From positions 1-43,794 of IMG/VR virus record IMGVR_UViG_3300024219_000008: DNA of 43,794 nt. One strand, 5' to 3'. Origin of the DNA: a virus. Taxonomy: Duplodnaviria; Caudoviricetes. Position numbers and translations under genes: made by a program. The notes beneath the pieces were generated by a model, which saw only the letters and a program-made list of their open reading frames with translations, ran no database searches and was not told the DNA's origin. Each line of letters begins with the position of its first letter. The first letter of the stretch is position 1. Shown here piece by piece: positions 36,408 through 43,794 of the stretch.

Positions 36408-36618
36408 CGATCGATATTGTGAGCGCTGCTACAACACAGGCGAGCTAGATTGCTACTGCGGAGGCGATTTCTGCATCTGCGAGCGCGGCGGTACCTACGA
36501 ATGTCCGGATTGCAGTCGCCAGAATGGCTTCTCTTGCGAAGAAATCGAAGACGAAGAACCAGCATTAAAGACCGAAGACAAGAGCGATTCAACTCTAACC
36601 TCGGGACAAGGCAAATGA
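36400..36618 (+). CDS. Cys-rich small protein
   Basis: CERCYNTGELDCYCGGDFCIC..CPDC. Confidence 0.65.
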   Translation: MSDDRYCERCYNTGELDCYCGGDFCICERGGTYECPDCSRQNGFSCEEIEDEEPALKTEDKSDSTLTSGQGK

Positions 36619-36755
36619 GCAGTCGAGCATGGAGGTGGACGTGTGTTGCTGTCACTTGGGGAAGTGTAGTCACACTCAATATTTTGATGACGCATTATGG
36701 CGCTCCACAACAAGTCTGGCTTTTCTGCCAAGTCCTAAATTGGTGCAAGCCCTAA
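36615..36755 (+). CDS. 46-aa TM peptide
   Basis: MSSRAWRWTCVAVTWGSVVTLNIL..; ATGA-coupled. Confidence 0.5.
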   Translation: MSSRAWRWTCVAVTWGSVVTLNILMTHYGAPQQVWLFCQVLNWCKP

Positions 36756-36770
36756 CGAACTGAATAGCCA

Positions 36771-37043
36771 ATGTCCGACACGCTCGACCATGACACAAAG
36801 ATTCCGCCGGTTCGGGAGCCCACGCTTTGGGTAACCGATGCCGAGTTGATCAAGCGCATGGGCGTGCCGGAGAAGATCGCTCGAGCCGCACTACATGCCC
36901 TCGACCACGAACGCGGGTCTGGCTTCCCTCAGAAGAAAGCTTTGTGGGGAAACCGGCGGTATTGGCCGGCTGTGAAGGCTTACCTCGACCGCACGAACGG
37001 GCTTAAGGTGGATGCCTCGCCCAGGAGAAGCAACCATGACTAA
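36771..37043 (+). CDS. xis: Excisionase-like winged-helix protein
   Basis: GFPQKKALWGNRRYWPAVKAYLD; overlaps the integrase start. Confidence 0.7.
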   Translation: MSDTLDHDTKIPPVREPTLWVTDAELIKRMGVPEKIARAALHALDHERGSGFPQKKALWGNRRYWPAVKAYLDRTNGLKVDASPRRSNHD

Positions 37044-38250
37044 GCCGCTCAGGGTCCGCAACGCGCCAGGCCTCGTCTGGAGGCAACGCGGTACGAAGTG
37101 GGAAGCCCGTTGGCAGGCCCGCACCGACATGGTCGCTAAGGGATTCCAGATCAAGAGCGTGAAGCTTTGGGCCGGTGCGGGCGAACCGACCAAGGAGGAA
37201 TGGGATCGGATCGCTGATCGCTGCAACGAGCTCCAACAGGAAATGCTCGTGTTCTCGCGCGGAGGCCTGCCCGAGGTCGGCCCGTTCGACGGGACGCTCC
37301 GGTCGCTCATGCGCGCCTACAAGACCGATCCGGATTCGCAATACCGCAAGATTAGATACAACAGCCGGATCCATTACGATGCGCTCATGTCGCTGATTGA
37401 GACCGAGCACGGCGACAAGCTCTTGGCCGATCTGAAGGGCAGAACCTTCAGCCGCCTGCACGAGGACTGGACCGCCGCAGGCAAGATCGCCATCGCCCAC
37501 GCAAAGATGGGGATGCTGCGCACGCTCTTCAGCTTCGGCGCGACCCTCCTCGAGGACGAGGATTGCGGGCGCCTGTCTGGCATCCTGAGCAAGATGCGAT
37601 TTGCCATGCCCAAGCCCCGCACCGAGCGCCTGACGGCCGCCCAGGTGATCGCCATCCGCGCCAAGGCCCATGAGATGGGCCGTCCGTCGATCGCCCTCGC
37701 CCAGGCCCTCCAATTCGAGCTGATGTTTCGCCAGAAAGACGTCATCGGCGAGTGGGTTCCGATCGGCGAGCCGGGCATCTCCGACGTCCAGTCGGAGGGC
37801 CTGAAGTGGCTCCGCGGGATCCGCTGGGAAGAGATCGACGGCAACATGACGCTGCGGCACCTCACCAGCAAGCGTCAGAAGATGATCGAACTCAGCCTCC
37901 GCAACGCGCCCATGGTGCTGGAGGAACTGGCGCTGAATGGCGACCACCCAGCTACGGGGCCGATCATCATTTCCGAGTGGGACAGCCTGCCATGGACCGC
38001 CCCGGAGTTCCGCCGGTGGTGGCGGATCGTTGCGGAGGCCGCTGGCGTGCCCAAGACGGTCCGGAACATGGACAGCCGGGCCGGCGCGATCAGCGAAGCC
38101 ACGGACGCCGGGGCGGATCTGGAGCACGTCCGGCACGCCGCGACGCACAGCAACATCTCGATGACCCAGCGCTACAGCCGCGGTGCCGAAGACAAAATCG
38201 CGAATGTCCAGATCGCCCGGATGGAGCATCGGAACAAGCCGAAAACATGA
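37036..38250 (+). CDS. int: Tyrosine integrase
   Basis: FRQKD (R), TSKR (K), MDSR (HxxR variant), ATHS (H), TQRY (Y); AGGAG SD. Confidence 0.9.
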   Translation: MTKPLRVRNAPGLVWRQRGTKWEARWQARTDMVAKGFQIKSVKLWAGAGEPTKEEWDRIADRCNELQQEMLVFSRGGLPEVGPFDGTLRSLMRAYKTDPDSQYRKIRYNSRIHYDALMSLIETEHGDKLLADLKGRTFSRLHEDWTAAGKIAIAHAKMGMLRTLFSFGATLLEDEDCGRLSGILSKMRFAMPKPRTERLTAAQVIAIRAKAHEMGRPSIALAQALQFELMFRQKDVIGEWVPIGEPGISDVQSEGLKWLRGIRWEEIDGNMTLRHLTSKRQKMIELSLRNAPMVLEELALNGDHPATGPIIISEWDSLPWTAPEFRRWWRIVAEAAGVPKTVRNMDSRAGAISEATDAGADLEHVRHAATHSNISMTQRYSRGAEDKIANVQIARMEHRNKPKT

Positions 38251-38357
38251 TGACTGACCATGACTGACGCAGGCATTGATTCTAAACTGGAAATTCTTCG
38301 TTAATATTAACGCCCTGCATCAGTAACGTTGAGACATTTCAAGGGGAACGTCAGTCA
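38251..38357. other. attP-like site (intact)
   Basis: Arm-like TGACTGAC at 38251 and 38261, inverted copy at 38350; AT-rich interior with palindrome CGTTAATATTAACG (38299) and core-like CGTTGA-N6-TCAAGG (38327). Confidence 0.7.
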
Positions 38358-38416
38358 CCGAGTTGGGAATGAACCGCAGGAAGCCGCGTAGCGCTTCAAA
38401 ATGTCAGGAGAGACCG

Positions 38417-39151
38417 ATGAACGAAACAGCAGTTGCAGTCCCAACCATTCTTGATACCTCCGACGATTTTACCGTCTTCGCAACCAACCCAGCCGACATG
38501 GTCGGCGCCCAGCGCTCCATGATCCTGTGGTGCGCCCGCAAGATCCAGGCCGTGAAGTCTGAGCTGGCCGAAGCTCAGACCAATCTCGATGCCGCCAAAG
38601 CCAACAAATGGTCGCCGGCTGCATGGGCTAAGCAGGTCAAACTTCACCTCGACAAGATCGAGTTTTACAAGAAGATCAAGACGGCGCTGGAGGCAGGTTA
38701 CTACATCGTGCCGCCTTTCCCGGTCGATACGTTTGCGATCCGCGTCAAGGATACGGCCAGCCCCAAGGGAAACTGGACGGACACCGGATGGCATCGGTTC
38801 GAGCAGAGCGCCAAGATGCTGGCGGCTGGCGAGGGCCACTATGTTTCACCGATCCCAAGCCGGGAAATGACAACATTCCCGAAAAAGAAGACGGACGGAA
38901 CCGAGGTACAGATCAGGCATTGGCGCCCCGCTGAATTTGTCGATGCGGACTTCCCGTTCAAACTCGCCAAGGCCGAGATCATGGAGGCAACCCGCGCCGC
39001 GATGGCCCTCAAGGTGTTCGACCGCATGGGCGCATTGCCGGCGGCGCGCGCTCCTGATCCGATCATCTGCGGAGAAATCCTCCTGCCCCATCGCAAGGGT
39101 CAAGCGGTGACGTTCTTCGTATCATGGTGGCTCGACACCAAGACGCTCTGA
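38417..39151 (+). CDS. Hypothetical protein
   Basis: 244 aa; AGGAG SD; phage-like codon usage. Confidence 0.75.
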   Translation: MNETAVAVPTILDTSDDFTVFATNPADMVGAQRSMILWCARKIQAVKSELAEAQTNLDAAKANKWSPAAWAKQVKLHLDKIEFYKKIKTALEAGYYIVPPFPVDTFAIRVKDTASPKGNWTDTGWHRFEQSAKMLAAGEGHYVSPIPSREMTTFPKKKTDGTEVQIRHWRPAEFVDADFPFKLAKAEIMEATRAAMALKVFDRMGALPAARAPDPIICGEILLPHRKGQAVTFFVSWWLDTKTL

Positions 39152-39195
39152 CTTTCGGAAACGGCAAGAATACGAAACCCAATAAGGAAAATCAG

Positions 39196-39654
39196 ATGCC
39201 AAGCGGCGGGGCTTTAAAAGGTAATGGGCGCGGGCTGCTTTGGCTCAAGGCTCGCATTTGGCACGCCGGCCAAGAGTGCCTGATCTGGCCATTCTGCACG
39301 AACCACCAAGGTTATGGCCAAGTCGGCTACTACGGCAAGGTCGTGAAGGCACATCGCCTCATGTGCATCTTAGCCCATGGCGAGCCGCCGACACCGCAAC
39401 ACCACGCCGCTCATTCGTGCGGGAACGGTCACCTGAGCTGCGTTCACCCTGAACACCTGTTCTGGAAGACGCCAACGCAAAATCGACTGGAGGCCAGGAA
39501 GGCGCCGGCCGGGCGCCGACGCCTCAAGCCGGACGTCGTCCAGCAGATCCGAGAAAGCCCGAAGTCGTATCTTGAGATCGCTGACGAGCTTGGCGTCTAC
39601 TTCGGCACGGTTGGAAAGATCAAACGTGGCGAGCTTTACAAAATCCAGAGTTAG
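39196..39654 (+). CDS. HNH/His-Cys homing endonuclease-like protein
   Basis: CLIWPF, GYG, AHR, AAHSCGNGHLSCVHPEHL.W.T..N; C-terminal HTH. Confidence 0.85.
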   Translation: MPSGGALKGNGRGLLWLKARIWHAGQECLIWPFCTNHQGYGQVGYYGKVVKAHRLMCILAHGEPPTPQHHAAHSCGNGHLSCVHPEHLFWKTPTQNRLEARKAPAGRRRLKPDVVQQIRESPKSYLEIADELGVYFGTVGKIKRGELYKIQS

Positions 39655-39675
39655 CGCGTCGTTCAGGAAAGCAGC

Positions 39676-39978
39676 ATGAGCGCCTTCACACCGATGGAAG
39701 AATTTCCAGTCATGACGCCTTACGGCGCAGCGAGCTGCATCGGAATGCTGGAAGCTGATAACGTCGAGTGGCCGACATGGAATGAGCGGACGCAGGAGAT
39801 GTGGTTTTTTACCAACCCAAACATTCGTCGGCGAATCAATGCTAGCAACGGCCTGTTGAACTATTCGCCATTCACCAGGCTCAATCGAGTACATCTCTTT
39901 CACATCAAGCGCTATATTGCGGCGGGATGGCTGCCGGCTGACTACGATCCGTTGAAACCTGAAACGTGGCCTTTGTAG
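39676..39978 (+). CDS. Hypothetical protein
   Basis: 100 aa with SD. Confidence 0.6.
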   Translation: MSAFTPMEEFPVMTPYGAASCIGMLEADNVEWPTWNERTQEMWFFTNPNIRRRINASNGLLNYSPFTRLNRVHLFHIKRYIAAGWLPADYDPLKPETWPL

Positions 39979-39989
39979 GTAGTTACGCC

Positions 39990-40316
39990 ATGTGCGAGAC
40001 GTGCCGAACATTGCTTTCCGAAGGGCTTGATCTCTGCGTTCGAGCCCGCACAATTGACGCTCGGGACCGCACGACCGCGCAGATCTCGATATCATCGGCA
40101 CCTAAAGAATGGTGGGACGAAAATCTAGAGCGTCGCGCAGATCGCCACAACGCCATGTGGCCGGATCAACCGATGTCTTATAGGAGCATGACCATCCCGC
40201 TTTGGGTGCACGATCAGTACGAAAAGGATCTAGCGGAATGGGAGCGCAAATCTCGGCATCACCTGATGCAGGATTGCGATCATCAGCAGCAAAGGAAAGT
40301 CGATGGAGATTTGTGA
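39990..40316 (+). CDS. Hypothetical protein
   Basis: ORF from MCETCR (alternative GTG start at 39966). Confidence 0.55.
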   Translation: MCETCRTLLSEGLDLCVRARTIDARDRTTAQISISSAPKEWWDENLERRADRHNAMWPDQPMSYRSMTIPLWVHDQYEKDLAEWERKSRHHLMQDCDHQQQRKVDGDL

Positions 40317-40416
40317 TCGCTGCGGCAAAGAGTGCACCGTCACCTATGCCGTTAAAGTTCCGGTCAGGATCGAACTGGTTTGCATCGAATGCAAGCCGAA
40401 GAAAAAACCGCGCTAA
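40303..40416 (+). CDS. 37-aa Zn-finger peptide
   Basis: MEICDRCGKEC..VCIECKPKKKPR; AAGGA SD. Confidence 0.55.
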   Translation: MEICDRCGKECTVTYAVKVPVRIELVCIECKPKKKPR

Positions 40417-40431
40417 CATCACAGAACGCAA

Positions 40432-40647
40432 ATGACAGAAGCAGAGATCAGGCCAAATCCCGGCGCCAGAGTCGATAGCATGGGCCGCTGCGAAGATACA
40501 GATGAGGTGGTCGGCAATGGATCTCTGCACGTCGAGCAGATGGACGACCATTGCTATTGGGCGCGGCTTGATCTCCCTGACAGTAAGTCTATCGTAATGT
40601 GGTTCAGATCGCGCGGCAAAATCAAACTGACTGCAGAATGGGACTAG
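40432..40647 (+). CDS. Hypothetical protein
   Basis: DEVV..LHVEQMDD..YW phage-type motif. Confidence 0.65.
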   Translation: MTEAEIRPNPGARVDSMGRCEDTDEVVGNGSLHVEQMDDHCYWARLDLPDSKSIVMWFRSRGKIKLTAEWD

Positions 40648-40655
40648 CGGTAACG

Positions 40656-40838
40656 ATGACAGAACGCTATCAGTTCGCAGGCTGGACCACGGAGGCACTC
40701 ATAGCCTATGAGGAGCGCCTGTACGACGATGAAGTAGCTGGCGAGGATATTTGGTTCGAGCGAGACCAAGTATTATGGGAGTTAAACCTAAGAGATTTCG
40801 GTAACGGTGAGCAAAGGAAAGAACCAAATGCTCAATGA
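40656..40838 (+). CDS. Hypothetical acidic protein
   Basis: 60 aa from MTERYQF. Confidence 0.55.
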   Translation: MTERYQFAGWTTEALIAYEERLYDDEVAGEDIWFERDQVLWELNLRDFGNGEQRKEPNAQ

Positions 40839-40986
40839 TCCCTTCTATAAATCCCTAAAAGCCCTTCGCGATGACGCCGTTGAGCGAGGTCTGCTCGATC
40901 TTGCGACCATGTATGGATGGGCTCTGATGCGCCGCGGGGAGCAGATCGTTTTGGATGGCATCGCTAAATCTAAGTTTCGTTCATAA
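40828..40986 (+). CDS. Hypothetical protein
   Basis: 52 aa MLNDPFYKSLKALRDD..; AAGGA SD. Confidence 0.55.
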   Translation: MLNDPFYKSLKALRDDAVERGLLDLATMYGWALMRRGEQIVLDGIAKSKFRS

Positions 40987-41001
40987 GCTATCAGAGGAAA
41001 T

Positions 41002-41210
41002 ATGATGTGGGTTGATACAAGACGGGCGGAGTGGATAGCCCAGGCTATCTTTCGATCAATGAGATCGATGGAGAGTTCGTGGTGACATTGCGGTCACTTA
41101 ATAGAGACCGTGCAGAGTTAGTATTGCCGGAGGATCAGGTTCGCCGCCTCTGTAGCCAGTTGACAGCAGAGTACCGTAAGCCGACCAACAACCCGATGCG
41201 TGGCAGTTAA
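41002..41210 (+). pseudogene. Possibly frameshifted small gene
   Basis: SD plus ATGATG in one frame; protein-like YKTGG..PGYLSINEIDGEFVVTLRS.. in another frame preceded by TGA. Confidence 0.3.
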
Positions 41211-41344
41211 CTGGCGCGCTGCCTCCGCTCTCTGCGGTCAGAGACCCACCCGCCAGCAACCCACAGCCCATAGAGCGGGAGAAGTGCGAGGCCGATCCCG
41301 ATTCCGAGCCGGCGGACTAGATCAACAGCGATGTTTGTCAGCAT
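41207..41344 (-). CDS. 45-aa single-TM peptide
   Basis: AGGAG SD; MLTNIAVDLVRRLGIGIGLALLPLYGLWVAGGW.. Confidence 0.6.
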   Translation of the reverse strand: MLTNIAVDLVRRLGIGIGLALLPLYGLWVAGGWVSDRRERRQRAS

Positions 41345-41367
41345 TGCGGCTCCTAGTCCTTGGCGCC

Positions 41368-41520
41368 CTATTTCTGGCGTCGCTTCAATTCGCGCTCCAC
41401 GGCCTCGCGGATGAGATCGGATCGCTTCTCGCCCCCCTCTAGAGCGGTGTCGATGCGATCCAAAGTCCCGGCGGGGAATCTGGCTGGCGTTTGTTCGTCG
41501 TTGATGCGTTTGCGACCCAT
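41368..41520 (-). CDS. Ribbon-helix-helix protein (50 aa; not in the ORF track)
   Basis: MGRKRINDEQTPARFPAGTLDRID..KRSDLIREAVERELKRR; TATATT 6 nt upstream of the ATG. Confidence 0.75.
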   Translation of the reverse strand: MGRKRINDEQTPARFPAGTLDRIDTALEGGEKRSDLIREAVERELKRRQK

Positions 41521-41711
41521 GTCGCTAATATAGATGACATTGACGCTGATCTGACGCTGAAAGCGAAGTGCGACGAGATTACCGATGCATGCGATGGGCT
41601 GCGGCCGGCAGCCGCACTACGCAAAGCGAAATCAATGGGCTTCATACCTGAAGCCTGAGTTTCATTGTCACGTCATCCCGCGCCCTGTTGAGAGCGCGGG
41701 GTGAGGGATGG

Positions 41712-42059
41712 TCAGGTGGTCGCTGCGGGCGTGTTGGCGGCGACGGCCTCGCCGAGTTGCTTCGCGCGGCCGCTGATCGCATTGGCCAGCGCCGTGATCC
41801 TGGCGACGGTCGCCGGATCGGTTGTGCTGGCTTTCAGGTCCGCCACCATTTTCGAGAGCGTGATGAGGAGCTGTTCGGCGGAGTCATCGGCCGCGGCGTT
41901 GGCAGCGGCGGCGGCTTCGGCCTGGTCGAGGGCGTCGGTTTCCATGGACATGATAGTGTCTTCCTTATCGAGGATGAGGTCCAGTTTGTCTTCGATATCG
42001 TCCAGCCGGCTTAGGACCAGATCATCCGGCGTGAAGTGGTGAAAAATGTCGATGCGCAT
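41712..42059 (-). CDS. Ala-rich coiled-coil protein, last late gene
   Basis: MRIDIFHH..AVAANTP. Confidence 0.7.
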   Translation of the reverse strand: MRIDIFHHFTPDDLVLSRLDDIEDKLDLILDKEDTIMSMETDALDQAEAAAAANAAADDSAEQLLITLSKMVADLKASTTDPATVARITALANAISGRAKQLGEAVAANTPAATT

Positions 42060-42172
42060 GTCAGCAACCCTTGCAAATGCTTGGCGGTGCAGGTTCGGCC
42101 GGTGGCAGTGAGCAATCGGTGACACCGCTCACGTAGCGGCAGCCTGCGGGAACGTCCGAACCCGCTGCGTCG

Positions 42173-42346
42173 TCAGCGAATGGGGCTCCCGAAGGCGTGC
42201 AGCCCAAGAATCCCAACGAGGATAAAGAGCACTAGCCAGCTTCCGAATGCACCGTACGGCCGCGCTGGGCCCCACGGGCCGATGCCCCAGATGCCGAAGC
42301 ATCCAACCAGAACGTATATCAGCCAAAACCAAATGTTCGCACCCAT
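42173..42346 (-). CDS. 57-aa two-TM protein
   Basis: GGAAGGA SD; MGANIWFWLIYVL..LFILVGILGLHAFGSPIR. Confidence 0.7.
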   Translation of the reverse strand: MGANIWFWLIYVLVGCFGIWGIGPWGPARPYGAFGSWLVLFILVGILGLHAFGSPIR

Positions 42347-42360
42347 GGTCTATCCTTCCT

Positions 42361-42732
42361 TTACCGGCCGAACCGCGACCTCCATATGCTACCTGTGTTG
42401 ACCCGGAAACCATGGCCAGTGCTCGGCGGCGCTCGCTCGCGCATTGAGACCACGCTCACCGCCAAGATCGACATGCCGCCTGCAACGATCCCGGTCACGA
42501 CCAATCCCGTCATGATCACCGATGGGTTGCGAAGCCAGTAGTCCTGAAAGAAGATCGTGAGCAGGACGTAGATCGCATCTGCGAAGAATGTGACCTTGCG
42601 CCAATGCATCACCCGGGGCCGGTCTGTCCGGTTGAGATGCAAGTCATTCTGCGCCTGCCGGATGACGTACATCAGCAATAGCACGCCTGAGAAGGCGACG
42701 AGGTCGTAGAACGCGATGACAAGTTCACTCAT
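42361..42732 (-). CDS. Multi-TM membrane protein
   Basis: 123 aa from MSELV; 3 hydrophobic segments. Confidence 0.65.
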   Translation of the reverse strand: MSELVIAFYDLVAFSGVLLLMYVIRQAQNDLHLNRTDRPRVMHWRKVTFFADAIYVLLTIFFQDYWLRNPSVIMTGLVVTGIVAGGMSILAVSVVSMRERAPPSTGHGFRVNTGSIWRSRFGR

Positions 42733-43015
42733 TTTTTGTTTTCCTGAGTACGTCCACTTTGTTGAAAGCCAGTTCGATAAGCAGGCAGATGTGCTTTCCG
42801 CTTGTCCCGACGCCAAAGGCTACGAAGCCGATGGGGAACACCGCCAACATCTTCAACAATTGAGGTGCGACAAAGTTCGCGGCGATTGCCCCATAGACGA
42901 TGTATTTCACCACGTCCCATGCTGTGGCTTTCTCGTCCCGCCAGCCGTGCACGAGGCCGCCCAGAGACCCCGCAGCCATGCACTGCACATTGAAGAGGGC
43001 CAGCAGGTCATCCAT
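42725..43015 (-). CDS. Second holin-like protein
   Basis: 96 aa; AGSLGGLV..GAIAANFVAP..AFGVG TM pattern. Confidence 0.55.
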   Translation of the reverse strand: MDDLLALFNVQCMAAGSLGGLVHGWRDEKATAWDVVKYIVYGAIAANFVAPQLLKMLAVFPIGFVAFGVGTSGKHICLLIELAFNKVDVLRKTKNE

Positions 43016-43664
43016 CTATCCCACCGCCGGCCATCGTCATGCTGGTCAGGTTCCGCAGATCCCGCGGCGTGAACTTGCTCGCTTGTAGTGCATCTTTCTT
43101 TGGATACTTCCCACATTCATAGAAACCCTGCGCGGGTAGTTCGCTGCAATCCCACGCTCCGAACGACTGCCAGTCATGCCACGGCCAGAAGAACGAAAAC
43201 ACCGCGCCGTAGTCGTATGGCTTGCCAATCTGGCTCTCTATGAAAGCTTCGAATATGTCCACCTGATCGGCCGTTGCTGTGATGCACCGGAACTCTTCCC
43301 GCGTGAACTCCCCGGCATCGTACCCGACCGGACGCCTCCTGACGCCATCTCCCATCGCGCTGATATACGATCCGTCGCGCATGCAAACGTCAACATGAGT
43401 CGCCCAATCACGTTGGGCGAACTGGCAAGCGCGATTGAAGATTCCAGGGTGCTCGACGAAGCGCAGCTTGATGATCTTGTCTTGCGGAGACTGGATACTG
43501 ATCTCGTAATACTCGCCTTCCTGCTCCTGCTCGGCCGGATCAACAATCAGGTTGAAAAGGGCTTGCTGATCCTGCTCCCCGAACAGGCCGGGCGCCGTGA
43601 AAAACAGCTCCACAATCCCATTGTTGGGGCGGACACGATCGCATCGTGCTATCAGATGGCGCAT
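43008..43664 (-). CDS. Permuted papain-like (YiiX/YebB-type NlpC/P60) hydrolase
   Basis: THVD (His), QIGKPYD, WDCSEL (Cys), TPRDL. Confidence 0.8.
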   Translation of the reverse strand: MRHLIARCDRVRPNNGIVELFFTAPGLFGEQDQQALFNLIVDPAEQEQEGEYYEISIQSPQDKIIKLRFVEHPGIFNRACQFAQRDWATHVDVCMRDGSYISAMGDGVRRRPVGYDAGEFTREEFRCITATADQVDIFEAFIESQIGKPYDYGAVFSFFWPWHDWQSFGAWDCSELPAQGFYECGKYPKKDALQASKFTPRDLRNLTSMTMAGGGIDG

Positions 43665-43794
43665 CGATTTCAGTGCCCCTTGAAAATGGCGTACATAACG
43701 CCAATGATGCTGCCAACGGCCGCAACGCTCACAACAACCTGGACGATGATATACGCTATCAGGTTTGTGCCAGATGATTTTCCGCCGCTTTCCC
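43612..43794. repeat. Terminal direct repeat, right copy
   Basis: Matches 1-183. Confidence 0.95.

Larger units (their letters stand above)
34555..41212. repeat. Dispersed degenerate palindrome CGTT(A/G)A-N6/7-T(C/T)AACG at gene junctions around int/att
   Basis: Copies at 34555, 34817, 35560, 36176, 36374, 36593, 38327, 39146, 40277, 40411, 40799, 40978 and 41194 (8-11 of 12 matches by hand). Confidence 0.5.

Noticed and set aside
41533-41658. Protein-like plus-strand fragment (..LKAKCDEITDACDGLRPAAALRKAKSMGFIPEA*)
   Set aside because: No convincing start or SD; it may be a deletion remnant but cannot be supported
1-43794. tRNA, rRNA, CRISPR array, tape measure, DNA polymerase, IS elements, attC hairpins
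   Set aside because: None recognised by eye; tRNAscan, Infernal and IntegronFinder were not run

Overview
The window is an essentially complete, circularly permuted temperate dsDNA phage genome. Bases 1-183 repeat 43612-43794, giving a unit length of 43,611 bp. It is GC-rich and encodes a GcrA homologue, so the host is inferred to be an alphaproteobacterium, probably Hyphomicrobiales. The virion module is podovirus-like: PBSX-type TerL, portal, scaffold, DUF5309/SU10-type major capsid, adaptor, nozzle, ejection proteins and no tape measure. A lambda-like switch at about 29.6-30.4 kb has five CCGGTA-N4-TACCGG operators. It drives a leftward cro-cII-gcrA-rusA-rep-Q arm followed by the late, structural and lysis operon, and a rightward arm with RecT, xis/int, an intact attP-like site and many small genes. 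The most notable observations are: (1) a TPR-glycosyltransferase plus FkbM methyltransferase module wired into the head operon next to Thr-rich capsid proteins (candidate virion glycosylation); (2) a degenerate palindrome CGTT(A/G)A-N6/7-T(C/T)AACG at most gene junctions flanking the integrase and at the att core (candidate integron-like cassette array); (3) a portal split into two translationally coupled genes; (4) an in-frame, SD-preceded N-terminal extension of CI running antisense through cro. All protein assignments come from motif recognition by eye; no database searches were run.
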